Assembly (NCBI GenBank): GCA_963722075.1 | Contig: CAVRJM010000001.1 | Span: 1,354,566-1,418,565, forward strand | Reading direction: 5' to 3' | DNA: 64,000 bases | Source: Candidatus Babeliales bacterium | GTDB taxonomy: Bacteria > Babelota > Babeliae > Babelales > JANWKD01 | Notes under the pieces: model-generated | What the model saw: the letters and a program-made list of their open reading frames with translations, nothing else | What the model was told of the DNA's origin: nothing | Databases searched by the model: none | Program-made: the position numbers and the translations under genes | Part shown: one piece after another, positions 49,719-60,165 of the stretch | Layout of the letters: each line of letters starts with the position of its first letter | How positions within the stretch are numbered: position 1 is the first letter of the stretch

Positions 49719-50144
49719 TTAATTTACTACTGGAGCATTAATATGCCATTGTACCGTTCCTGAAACACCAGGTGCAGCTTTTGTGGTAAGGGTAATAGTA
49801 GCATCATCACATATTGTTACCGCTACTTTACCTTCATTATTAAAATCGCCCTGATCAGTATTATATTTTGTAGTATCATAGCCAGGAACATCGGGTTCTC
49901 CATCAAAAAGACTAATAAATTTAGCGCAGCGATTTCCGCCAGCGCTTACCAGTCGGGTTTCTCCCGGTTTAATATTATTAGCTGTTAATACTTGAATAAA
50001 TTTAGTACGGTTATCTCGTTGATATATATCAAATGCTATGCTTACTGAACGACTACCATTATTTTTAACATGAAATAATGCCCCCTGTACTAAAGAAAAA
50101 CTGGTCGACGATAAAATACTTATTATAATTATTTTTTTAAACAT
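49719..50144 (-). CDS. Secreted beta-rich hypothetical protein
   Basis: GGGGG RBS, MFKKIII leader, two Cys. Confidence 0.72.
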   Translation of the reverse strand: MFKKIIIISILSSTSFSLVQGALFHVKNNGSRSVSIAFDIYQRDNRTKFIQVLTANNIKPGETRLVSAGGNRCAKFISLFDGEPDVPGYDTTKYNTDQGDFNNEGKVAVTICDDATITLTTKAAPGVSGTVQWHINAPVVN

Positions 50145-50175
50145 TTTTTCCCCCTTTTGATTTAAATATACATTC

Positions 50176-50637
50176 CTAATGATATTGCATTGACGGAACC
50201 ACAATAATTTGCTGGGTGAATGGTATAAAGTTTTTATCTATAACATTTTGCATTACCGTTGGAAATACTCTTTTGCTTGGATCCATATAAGCATTTATTA
50301 TCTGATTGGAGAAGCTTAAGGCTTTAGTTATTCGGCTATTAAATGATGTTTTAGTTTCATTATTCTTGAGATACCAAGGTTTTTTTTGCGCTATTTGCTT
50401 GAAATCGGTATCGCTTATAGAAGAAGCAATTTGTTGAATTTGGGTAAGTTTGCCATCTAATGTTGGGAGTATATTCATAAAATCAGCAATGTGGCCAATC
50501 TTACGATAATTATTTAAGGTATCAAGCTGTTGTTTTACCTGCTTCATTTCTTGATCTAATGTTTCTCCGTTAAGCGCATAAGAAAAAGTAATACACAAAA
50601 TGAAACCGATATACCAGATTGCTTTTATATTTTTCAT
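50176..50637 (-). CDS. Secreted hypothetical protein, paralog of 48618-49061
   Basis: GGGAG RBS, signal peptide, shared motif. Confidence 0.75.
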   Translation of the reverse strand: MKNIKAIWYIGFILCITFSYALNGETLDQEMKQVKQQLDTLNNYRKIGHIADFMNILPTLDGKLTQIQQIASSISDTDFKQIAQKKPWYLKNNETKTSFNSRITKALSFSNQIINAYMDPSKRVFPTVMQNVIDKNFIPFTQQIIVVPSMQYH

Positions 50638-50792
50638 GAATGCTCCCTTATAGATTATTTCCTATTGTTAAATTTACCAAAAAAGTTGTATTAATTTCAA
50701 TATTATCATAACCGTTGTTTTTATTGCAATTTGAATAGTTAATTTGATAGCATTAGAGATAATGGTGGATTGCGATAGGGAGATTTAAATCT

Positions 50793-51170
50793 ATGGAAAA
50801 TATATTCAAACAAAGAACTTATAAACCAAATCGGTTTTTGCTTTTTTTGTTAACTGTTTTAATTTTATGCATTAATATCAACGCATATAAAGAGGGTGAT
50901 GTGCTTTATTTGCAAAATTTGACCGATATTCCAGATTCGCAGCTAAAATTGCAGAAAGTAGCACGAAATTATCAGGATATTGTTGCTTATCCCTTTACTA
51001 AAACAGTAAATTTAACAAATTTCGGACAAAATATTCCCATTAAGATAACTGATACAGAAGGTAAAGCCGGACGCGCAAAATATGGATCAGTTTTTATTTT
51101 AAATCCAAAACCAAATGATACTTATGTTGTTTATAAAAATGCAGATAGCCTGCTCGTACGTAAAAAATAA
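50793..51170 (+). CDS. Secreted hypothetical protein
   Basis: GGGAG RBS; hydrophobic leader ending INA. Confidence 0.7.
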   Translation: MENIFKQRTYKPNRFLLFLLTVLILCININAYKEGDVLYLQNLTDIPDSQLKLQKVARNYQDIVAYPFTKTVNLTNFGQNIPIKITDTEGKAGRAKYGSVFILNPKPNDTYVVYKNADSLLVRKK

Positions 51171-51184
51171 ATAAGGATTATTAA

Positions 51185-51604
51185 ATGAAAATTTATACAG
51201 CAGGTATCCTTTTAGTGTTACTATTAGGCGTTATAAATAGTGATGCAAAAACAGGAACTATCACAATAAAAAGCTTGGTAAAAGACACCATTTCTATCTT
51301 ACTACAACCCGATCTTTCAGGTTCGAGTTCAATTAATCTTTCAAGTCCCGGTTCACAACCAATGTGCTATCGAGCAATCCGTTTTAATATTGGACCCTTA
51401 GCAACTGTTAAGCATTTCCTTTCACCTACCGAATTATGTAGTTATTCAAAAGCAGAAATTACTGCAAGCGATGGGTCTATGTCGATAACGTATTTAAAAA
51501 AACCACTTAGCTTTGATACTAATACAACGGATTATCAATTATCAGTTAATTTTGTACATGGTAAATGGGATATAGAAATCATTTCTGAGAAACATAACGA
51601 ATGA
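51185..51604 (+). CDS. Secreted hypothetical protein
   Basis: AAGGA RBS; signal peptide ending SDA. Confidence 0.7.
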   Translation: MKIYTAGILLVLLLGVINSDAKTGTITIKSLVKDTISILLQPDLSGSSSINLSSPGSQPMCYRAIRFNIGPLATVKHFLSPTELCSYSKAEITASDGSMSITYLKKPLSFDTNTTDYQLSVNFVHGKWDIEIISEKHNE

Positions 51605-51680
51605 TTTTTATCCAATTTTTTTAAATGCAATTCCTGATATAATAAATGTACCGCTAAACAAAATTATATTAGGAATATCA

Positions 51681-53027
51681 ATGCCTTCTCAGATGATTAA
51701 TAACACCAGCAATTTTCCTCTTACTGCCAAAAGCAAAAGCCTAGAAGAAGTGCATAGAACTATTGTTGTTGATAAAAATGGTTCTTTTTTTAAGAAGCTA
51801 ATTGCTTTTTCTGGTCCGGGTTATTTAGTTGCCGTTGGATACATGGATCCGGGTAATTGGGCAACTGATTTAGCCGGCGGTTCGCAATTTGGTTATTCAT
51901 TATTATCGGTTATTTTACTTTCTAATTTAATGGCAGTTATTTTACAATATCTCTCACTCAAATTGGGTATTGTAACGGGGCGTGATTTAGCACAAGCATG
52001 TCGAGAATCATATTCAAAGCCTGTTGCGCTTTTTTTGTGGATTTTAGCTGAAATTGCCATTATTGCCTGTGATCTTGCTGAAGTAATTGGGTCAGCACTC
52101 GCTTTACAATTACTTTTTAATATTCCCTTAATGATTGGGGTGATAATTACCGTTTTTGATGTTCTTTTATTATTAACCTTACAGCATAAAAGTTTTCGTT
52201 ATTTAGAATCTTTGGTGATTGTACTAATTGTTACTATATTTGCCTGTTTTGCCTTAAATATTTTTTTATCAATGCCTAATGTTAATGCATTACTTCATGG
52301 TTTTATACCAACTACAGAACTCATTACCAATACTGACATGTTATACATTGCCATTGGTATATTAGGAGCAACAGTAATGCCGCATAATTTATATTTACAT
52401 TCAGCAGTAGTGCAAACGCGTTCCTACCAAGAAACCGATCAAGCAAAAAAAGAAGCCATTCTATATTGCACCATCGATTCTACAGTAGCTTTATGCATTG
52501 CTTTTTTAATTAATGCTGCAATTTTAATTGTCTCAGCGGCGGTATTTCATGTGCGTGGGTTACATGAGATTGCCGAGATTCAAGACGCGTATCAATTATT
52601 AAGCCCTTTGCTTGGGTCACCGCTTGCCAGTATTGTTTTTGCTGTTGCACTGTTAGCATCAGGGCAAAATTCAACCGTAACGGGCACCTTAGCAGGACAA
52701 ATTATTATGGAAGGGTTTACCACTATGCGCTTGAGCCCCTGGTTACGGCGCTTTTTGAGTAGAGCATTAGCGGTGGTGCCGGCTATTATTGGGGTATGGT
52801 ATTTTGGTAATCATGGATTGGCGCAACTGTTATTGCTAAGCCAAGTGGTATTAAGCTTACAGCTACCGTTTGCTGTATATCCTTTAGTGCGTTTCACCAG
52901 CATGCCATCAATGATGGGTTCTTTTGCTAATTCATTTTTATTGCGTGTATGCGCTTACATTATTGCATTTTTTATTGTGTTATTAAATGGGTGGCTACTA
53001 GTAAGTGTTTTACACACGTATTATTGA
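51681..53027 (+). CDS. mntH: Nramp-family divalent metal transporter
   Basis: [35 protein letters not shown]. Confidence 0.96.
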   Translation: MPSQMINNTSNFPLTAKSKSLEEVHRTIVVDKNGSFFKKLIAFSGPGYLVAVGYMDPGNWATDLAGGSQFGYSLLSVILLSNLMAVILQYLSLKLGIVTGRDLAQACRESYSKPVALFLWILAEIAIIACDLAEVIGSALALQLLFNIPLMIGVIITVFDVLLLLTLQHKSFRYLESLVIVLIVTIFACFALNIFLSMPNVNALLHGFIPTTELITNTDMLYIAIGILGATVMPHNLYLHSAVVQTRSYQETDQAKKEAILYCTIDSTVALCIAFLINAAILIVSAAVFHVRGLHEIAEIQDAYQLLSPLLGSPLASIVFAVALLASGQNSTVTGTLAGQIIMEGFTTMRLSPWLRRFLSRALAVVPAIIGVWYFGNHGLAQLLLLSQVVLSLQLPFAVYPLVRFTSMPSMMGSFANSFLLRVCAYIIAFFIVLLNGWLLVSVLHTYY

Positions 53028-53041
53028 TAATAAATAATCTG

Positions 53042-54108
53042 ATGAAAAAACCTATGGTAAAAAAAGAAAAAAAATTAAATATCAAAGAATATGCGAAAGT
53101 GTTACAAGATATAAAGAAACATATCAGTGAAGCACAGGTAAAATCCATACTTGCTGCAAATAAAGAGCTTCTGAAATTATATTGGGATATTGGCCAAACA
53201 ATAACCTATCAGCAAAAAGAAAATGGCTGGGGCTCCAAGGCTGTTGAAAAGCTTGCAGAAGATATTCAAAAGGAATTTCCTGGATTAAAGGGATTCTCTA
53301 GGGCAAATGTTTTTAAAATGAAAGCTTTTTATGATGCGTATGAAAAAGTCTCACAAGTTGTGAGACAATTTGAAGAATTACCAATATTCAGTATTCCTTG
53401 GGGTCAGAATGTAATATTAATAACAAAAATAAAAAATACAGAAGAACGACTTTGGTATGTGCAAAAAACAATAGAGCATGGTTGGAGTAGAGCAGTTTTA
53501 GAAATGCAAATCGAGTCGGATTTATATAATCGCGCGGGTAAAGCAGTCACTAATTTCAAGAGGGCGTTACCATCTGCGCAATCAGATATGGCACAGCAAT
53601 CATTTAAAGATCCCTATATATTTGATTTTCTCACCTTACATCAAGAACATGTTGAACATGATATTGAACAAGGATTAATAGATATAATGTACAAAAGCTG
53701 TTGCTTGAAATGGGCAAAGGATTCGCATTAGTAGGTAGGCAGTATCATGTAGAGGTGGGAAAAAAAGATTATTATATAGATCTACTTTTTTATCACACAA
53801 AATTGAAATGTTATATTGTAGTAGAATTAAAGGCTAGAGAATTTGATCCTCGTGATGCGGGACAGCTTAATTTCTATCTTTCCGCGATTGATGATTTAGT
53901 GCGTGATTCTGAAGATAAACCAACTATCGGATTATTGCTTTGCAAAACAAAAGATAATTTTACCGCTGAATACGCTTTAAGGAATATAGCATCTCCTATT
54001 GGTGTAGCAGAATATCAAACCGAAATAGTTAAAAAATTACCTAAGGAATTCAAGAGCAGCTTACCAACTATTGAAGAAATCGAAGCCGAATTGGAAAAAA
54101 CAAATTAA
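53042..54108 (+). pseudogene. YhcG/DUF1016 PD-(D/E)XK nuclease, frameshifted
   Basis: LYWDIG, GFSRAN, FKDPYIFDFL in one frame; LEMGKGF, YIDLLFYH, VVELK, GQLNFY in the next. Extra AT near 53684 (GATATAAT). Confidence 0.88.
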
Positions 54109-54815
54109 AACTTAATTCCTAATCTTTGCAATTCAATTCGCAATTGTGCGTCATTTTTAAAGCGAATGCCAAAAATACCCTCTTTGCATGCAGCGCGTAC
54201 ATTTTCTTTTTTATCATCAATAAATATGATATTAGTGAAGCGTTGGGGGAATTTGCGAGCGATATATTGTTTCAGATTTTTATAATATTGAGCGTTAGGT
54301 TTAGCATAATAACGCCCATCATGTTTTTGATTACATTTTTTTGTTTTAATAAAAAAGTTTTTAGTATTAAAAATGGCTGGTAATTTATTATCAGCAAGCA
54401 ATCCTTTATAAATGCTGGTGGTCATATTGCTGGCAGGAATAACGGTATATCCTTCTTGTACTAAACGGGTAACGAGCCCACGCATTCCCGGTACTGGTTG
54501 TACTTGTACTAATCTTTTTTTAAAACGTTGGGCGATCTTTGCATATTTTGGATGTTTTTGTACCACCCTATCAATTAACGGGTAGGCATCGGTAATATTA
54601 TAGCGTTTTTTTGCTTGGGATAATGCTAAAGCAAAGCCCCAGCGCGAAGGCTTTAAAAACCATGATTTAAGGCCATTTTCTCTTTCTTTGATAACGACGT
54701 CATCAATATCGCAAGCAATAATGGTATTTGCGGGGTTAAAAGCCCCCTGGCCAGCTGTTTTACCCTGAAAACTGACCATTATTAATAAAAAAATGAGGTG
54801 TTTAACCTTGTTCAT
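54105..54815 (-). CDS. HAD-like hydrolase with signal-peptide-like leader
   Basis: CDIDDV, ASN, KP, FIDDKKENV. Confidence 0.8.
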   Translation of the reverse strand: MNKVKHLIFLLIMVSFQGKTAGQGAFNPANTIIACDIDDVVIKERENGLKSWFLKPSRWGFALALSQAKKRYNITDAYPLIDRVVQKHPKYAKIAQRFKKRLVQVQPVPGMRGLVTRLVQEGYTVIPASNMTTSIYKGLLADNKLPAIFNTKNFFIKTKKCNQKHDGRYYAKPNAQYYKNLKQYIARKFPQRFTNIIFIDDKKENVRAACKEGIFGIRFKNDAQLRIELQRLGIKF

Positions 54816-55000
54816 AGAGCCTCCATTTAAAGATTCTTTATAGCCTCATTATACGAGTTTATTGGTAAAACGGCAATTTTAAGCGTTTAAAAAGGCCATA
54901 AAAAGCCTGTTTTTGCCAAAAAATAATACTACTTGAAATTTTTTATAAAGCTGTTATTATAGTAATAGTTACCTATTTAATCTATAAAAAGGAAAAACTA

Positions 55001-57760
55001 ATGAATTTTATAAAAAATAGCCTATTATCATTATTATTCTTCTGTTTTTTACCCATCGCGGTAAGTGCTATGGAAGCACCAGAAGGTAAGAAAGAAAAAG
55101 AATCTGAAAAACCAATCCAGAGAAAAAACAAAAGAAAAGTTATCGATTTAACGAGAACCGAAGAAAAAAAAGAGATTAAAGCATGGGAACCCCGTGCAAA
55201 AAAAGTAAAAGCAATTTCGTCACTAACAAAGCTTAGTTCACAAATATTTTTTAAGCATGGTTTGCAACAAGATAACTTTCCTGAACTCATAGAAAATGCT
55301 TACCCAGCATCAGAAGCTCAAAAAGTTTTAAAAGAGCAAGCAGAAACCTTATATCCCCATCAAACATTATTACATGTTGCCGATACTGAATTAGCAGTAA
55401 GAAATTTATGCGAATTAGGATTAGACCCTAATAAGCGTAATTATAAAGGTCAGACGGCGATAAATGCATTAATTGACCGAGGAAATTTTGATGGCGCGCA
55501 TTACTTATTAGAACGGTTTGGTACACAGCTTGATTTAGAATCAGTTGATGAAGCAGGATTTGATCCTTTACACAATGCAATTAGATGTCATGAAGCTGAA
55601 TTAGCAGCTACTATATGGAATATTGTAAATACGCAAGGAAAACTTGCTATTGTTCTTATGCGAAAAAATAATCAAAAAATGACGTCCTGCGAATTGGCAA
55701 TAAAGAATGGATTAGTTGAATTAGTAGCACGTCTGAGTGTATATGATGCTTCTGAAATCTATGAAAATATCATGAATGAACGTTATGGGCCGTTAAATGC
55801 AATGCTTCTGCAATGCGCTTGGGGTGTTGCGATATATGCTGATAATGCTGTTGCTAAATTAACCGATTTACTTCAAAGAGGCGTTAATAAAGATGCCTTA
55901 TATTATTCTTATGGTGCTGGTAGAGGATCATTACTTACTCTAGTTGCTGGCTTTCCAGAAAAGATAGATATATTAAAGTTCCTTTTACATAATAATGCAT
56001 TGGTGGATATACCAGATGGTGATGGAGATACCGCGCTTATGTTTGCTATCATAACAAAAAATGAAGAAGCGATACGTGAATTACTCAAAGCTGGTGCTGC
56101 AATTGATATTATTGATAATAAAGGAGAATCGGCACTGAGCGTTGCAGTGGATTATTTCCCTCAAGTGCTTCCTTGGTTGCTTGATGCTGGTAGCCTTCCG
56201 GTAGATAGCAAAACAAAAAATGGCGTGACTTTTTTATGTTATGCGCTTCAACGAAATGAAACTGAAAGCAGTCAAGTATTACTTGATTTAGGTGCCAAGG
56301 TTAATAATGTAAATGATAACGGGGTTTCCCCTTTAATGGTTGCTAAACAGTATTGTCCGCAAATGGTTAAAACATTGCAAAAATTAGGTGCCGTAATGGA
56401 ACCAACAGATTCAAAGGGTAGAACAGCGTTAATATTGGCTATTCATTATAAAAAAAATGATATGGTCAAAATTCTTATTGCTGCAGGAGCAAATGTAAAT
56501 GCGCGTTCAACCGATGGTATTACTCCGCTTATGGCTGCTGCCGTTCGTTTCCCTGATTATATAGATGAATTAATTAAGGCCGGTGCATTATTAGAAGATA
56601 AGGGGCCCAAAGGATGTACTGCACTGCTTTTTGCAATTAATTACAAAAATGATTCGGGCGTTATTAATCTAATTAATGCGGGCGCTGATGTTACGGTTCG
56701 CGATGATGAAGGTAACGGAGTACTTGAGTATGTACGTAAATATATGCCCAGCTACGTTAAATTTCTAAAAAAAATAATAAGCGAGAAACAACAAGGTAGA
56801 ACAGTAAAAGCCATTAAAAAAGAACAGGTAATTTTGTCAGCAAATGATGATCCTCATCAATGCTTGTATGATATACATGATGAATTACAAATAAAAAATT
56901 TAGTAGCGCAGGGTTTAGATCTTAACAGGATGAATGATGAAGGACAAACAGCATTAAATGAATTAATTTGTCACTGCAACCTGGATGGTGCTCGTATTCT
57001 ATTAAAATATTATGGTAATCAGCTTGATTTAGAGACAGTTGATAATGCCGGATTCGATCCATTGCAATATTCAATTAAATGGCATGATGATGAATTGGCT
57101 AAGGACATAATACTAATTTTGCGTGAACGAAAAAAGATTGAAGTGCTTCAACGTGTCAATAAAGATGGATTGACTCCGTGCCAATTAGCGGTCAAAGAAA
57201 ACCGTTTTAGCATAATTCCATTACTTAATAAATATCATGAACCATTTGCGATATATAATTATATTATGAATGGAAAGTATGGCCAGCTTGACGCGCGCCG
57301 CTTACAATGTGCGTTGGGCGCTTTGATAGGCAATGCGAATTGTAATGAACAAATATCATATTTGATAGGGCAAGGAGTTAATATAGATGAATTATATTAT
57401 ACCAGTAGTAGAAAACATACAATGCTTATGCATTGTGCAGCCCAGATAGAACGCATAGATACAGTAAAATTATTATTGCAACATACTGTTTTAATAAATC
57501 GTCAAAATGAAGAAGGTCATAACGCATTAATGTTTGCAATATTAGCCAAGAATGAGCATGCAGTAAAAGCGATTATAGAAGCAGGGGCTACCGCTAATAG
57601 TGTTGATAAGTCAGGAAATGCCCCACTTTATTATGCAGTAAAATGTTTCCCTGCCGGTATTAGCATATTAATTAAACATGGTGCACGCGTAGAAAGTAGA
57701 GATAAAAGTGGCAACAGGACTTACGCATTGGTCGAAAGTTCTGATTGGGACTTGAAATAA
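55001..57760 (+). CDS. Secreted ankyrin-repeat protein, internally duplicated, C-terminus truncated by IS
   Basis: VSA-MEAP leader; many GxTAL/PL ankyrin repeats; last ~15 codons lie inside the IS left end. Confidence 0.9.
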   Translation: MNFIKNSLLSLLFFCFLPIAVSAMEAPEGKKEKESEKPIQRKNKRKVIDLTRTEEKKEIKAWEPRAKKVKAISSLTKLSSQIFFKHGLQQDNFPELIENAYPASEAQKVLKEQAETLYPHQTLLHVADTELAVRNLCELGLDPNKRNYKGQTAINALIDRGNFDGAHYLLERFGTQLDLESVDEAGFDPLHNAIRCHEAELAATIWNIVNTQGKLAIVLMRKNNQKMTSCELAIKNGLVELVARLSVYDASEIYENIMNERYGPLNAMLLQCAWGVAIYADNAVAKLTDLLQRGVNKDALYYSYGAGRGSLLTLVAGFPEKIDILKFLLHNNALVDIPDGDGDTALMFAIITKNEEAIRELLKAGAAIDIIDNKGESALSVAVDYFPQVLPWLLDAGSLPVDSKTKNGVTFLCYALQRNETESSQVLLDLGAKVNNVNDNGVSPLMVAKQYCPQMVKTLQKLGAVMEPTDSKGRTALILAIHYKKNDMVKILIAAGANVNARSTDGITPLMAAAVRFPDYIDELIKAGALLEDKGPKGCTALLFAINYKNDSGVINLINAGADVTVRDDEGNGVLEYVRKYMPSYVKFLKKIISEKQQGRTVKAIKKEQVILSANDDPHQCLYDIHDELQIKNLVAQGLDLNRMNDEGQTALNELICHCNLDGARILLKYYGNQLDLETVDNAGFDPLQYSIKWHDDELAKDIILILRERKKIEVLQRVNKDGLTPCQLAVKENRFSIIPLLNKYHEPFAIYNYIMNGKYGQLDARRLQCALGALIGNANCNEQISYLIGQGVNIDELYYTSSRKHTMLMHCAAQIERIDTVKLLLQHTVLINRQNEEGHNALMFAILAKNEHAVKAIIEAGATANSVDKSGNAPLYYAVKCFPAGISILIKHGARVESRDKSGNRTYALVESSDWDLK

Positions 57761-58861
57761 ATAAAAAAGGGTGCTTCAATTTTGTGAATTAAACAACAAA
57801 AGCAAAAAAGAAGGACACCCGAAATGAGAATAACAAATACAAATGAAGAATCAAGCACACCAAAATATGTAATGGGTTTATTAAAAACAACGGCACGAAA
57901 AGTTTGCACAAATATTTCTGAAACACTGGGAATAATGCATGATGTGCTCAATAGGGAAGTTGAAAAAGCAGCCCAGAATGCAGCAGAAATAACAAGCTCA
58001 TTACAAAATGTTGCTCTAGAAAGTCTTAGCAATTGCGAAAGATATTTGATAATCGATGATACTCCCGTTAATAAGCAATATGCTAACGATATTGAAGGAT
58101 TAGAAATTGTTTATGATAGTAGTGAGAAAAGATCAGCTTTGGGATTACGGTCTGTAATTGGCATGATCACTGATACCAGAGTAAGAATACCGATTGATGC
58201 GGAGATTATGATAAGCAAAGTATTTGGAGAAACCAATTACAAGACAAAAAGTGAAATTGCTTACATTATTATAGAGCGTGTTCTAGGATCAATTCGGTTT
58301 AATTGGTTAATTGCAGATGCCCATTATGCGACTGAATACCTTCTGCCAAAGCTTTTTAACAGGTCAATAAAATTTCTGATGAAAATTCCCAGAAATCGCG
58401 TTGTTACTATTAACAATAAAACAGGACAATTGCAAAAAATTTTACGTTTGAAAAAAAATAACAGATTTGCTTGTGGATACGGCACTATTTTTGGTCTTTC
58501 CTGTTATTTCTATGTGTTAAAAATTGATAAGGAAAAAATTATGTATCTTATCAGTAGCCATCAGCTCGGCAAAGAGAAGCTAATTTCTACATATAAGATT
58601 CGTTGGCAAATTGAATGCTTCAATAGAACTGCCAAACAACTTCTTGGATTCAGCGAATGCCAAATGCGTTCTTTTAACATGCAGCGTGCGCATTTACTTT
58701 TCGTGTTATGGGCTTATGCTTTAGCCGACATAAGGCGGGTAAAAGATAATTTCGACAATACTGAACAAGCCGTCAGATCCTTTCGGGTCGCAAAACCCCC
58801 TACACCATCTAGTTTATTTTATGCTTTTGAAGAGAACTCTTATGCTCTTGCGTAAGTCCTG
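57715..58861 (+). mobile_element. Insertion sequence (IS701-like/IS4 superfamily DDE)
   Basis: Perfect IRs CAGGACTTACGCA (57715-57727)/TGCGTAAGTCCTG (58849-58861); no target duplication visible. Confidence 0.9.
57824..58855 (+). CDS. DDE transposase
   Basis: IIDDT, IADAHY, YKIRWQIE..R..KQ (Y-2-R-3-E-6-K-like); stop codon lies inside the right IR. Confidence 0.9.
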   Translation: MRITNTNEESSTPKYVMGLLKTTARKVCTNISETLGIMHDVLNREVEKAAQNAAEITSSLQNVALESLSNCERYLIIDDTPVNKQYANDIEGLEIVYDSSEKRSALGLRSVIGMITDTRVRIPIDAEIMISKVFGETNYKTKSEIAYIIIERVLGSIRFNWLIADAHYATEYLLPKLFNRSIKFLMKIPRNRVVTINNKTGQLQKILRLKKNNRFACGYGTIFGLSCYFYVLKIDKEKIMYLISSHQLGKEKLISTYKIRWQIECFNRTAKQLLGFSECQMRSFNMQRAHLLFVLWAYALADIRRVKDNFDNTEQAVRSFRVAKPPTPSSLFYAFEENSYALA

Positions 58862-59353
58862 TTAGTAATAATTCCACCATTCAGAATTAATCAAACGGGA
58901 ACGGTCGATTTAAGAAACAATCCCTTGTCACTACATTCACAAGCAACAGCACAAGAGGCATTGAATTTGTCGGCAAGATATATCGGCGGCTTATTTATAT
59001 CTGGATTACCAGTTGCAGCAATCATATCACTACCGATTACTGCTGCAAGCTCCTTAATTGGATCACTTATAAAAGCTATAGGGTCTATAAAAATTTCCGG
59101 TCAAAAGCTAATTGTTCCGCTTTTTGCACTAATATCTATGGATAGACAATTAGATTCCACCTCTCTTAGCTTTCCCCTTCATAAGCTCTTTCCTAAATAC
59201 GTAAAGCAGAATATTATGCACACCATATTATCACAAATCCCCTTCAATATGCTGGCATATACCTTGCCTTTACCAACTCATGGATCAACTAAATTAATTA
59301 ACCAATTGCCTTTATCGTTCGATGGGCTAATCATTCAACCCCATCACTTTTAA
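58862..59353 (+). pseudogene. 3' remnant of a gene decapitated by the IS (LRR-like end plus hydrophobic segments)
   Basis: Frame is open from the IS edge: LVIIPPFRINQTGTVDLRNNPLSL...; no RBS or ATG. Confidence 0.55.
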
Positions 59354-59595
59354 TTCTTATATTTATAAATGTCTAAACATAGGTAATGAGTTCAATTTCA
59401 CACCGCTGCCCATGCCGCCCTTTTTAAAAACTCCTGTTTTTTTCTCAAAATTGCCTGATACAAATTTGTATAATTTCTCTCCTTATAAAAAAATATTCTT
59501 TTTTTCACTTAGTATAGGAAGCTTACTTGCATTAATCGGATTATTCCAATTTGTTTATGAAGAACATTGTGGGCAACGTGACAAACGAAAAATTT

Positions 59596-60165
59596 TTATG
59601 TAGTTGCTTGTGCGAGTTTTCTGAAATAAATTCTAGTTTTAATAGCTACTAATAACTTTATAGAGCCATTCAACTTATTCACAAGAACATGACGTTGAAT
59701 AACCGTTGAAAAAAACTGTATAAGACTATTAGACATTCTATAATAAATATCAACAACGCCATAGGCTAATGGGGTGCATAACACCGCTGCTTTAGCATAA
59801 AATATTACTGGATGGTTTTCACTGGCATAAATGAATGGCACAATTGTCATCATGCCCCCTAATAATAAACTTCCTGTTTTTAAGAGAGAATTGTCTATAT
59901 TTTTATCTACCAAATCTTTGTATTTTTCTTCTTCTCGCTCCTTTTGATGTAATTTTTGTTCTAATTTTTTAACATATAACCTTAAAGATTTTTTAGCTTT
60001 TTTTTCATTCTCTTCAGTTATAATAATATATTTATCTGCCCGCCATTTATTAATCATATCCGCTGCATTCAATAAATTGGATTTATTCACTTCCTCTTCT
60101 AAGGAAGCCGTAAGAAACTGTGGTATATATAAAAAAATGCAGAGACCAATTAACATAATTTTCAT
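59596..60165 (-). CDS. Secreted coiled-coil protein with twin hydrophobic segments
   Basis: Signal peptide, KKLEQKLHQKE coil, two adjacent TM segments; paralog-like to the next gene. Confidence 0.72.
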   Translation of the reverse strand: MKIMLIGLCIFLYIPQFLTASLEEEVNKSNLLNAADMINKWRADKYIIITEENEKKAKKSLRLYVKKLEQKLHQKEREEEKYKDLVDKNIDNSLLKTGSLLLGGMMTIVPFIYASENHPVIFYAKAAVLCTPLAYGVVDIYYRMSNSLIQFFSTVIQRHVLVNKLNGSIKLLVAIKTRIYFRKLAQATT

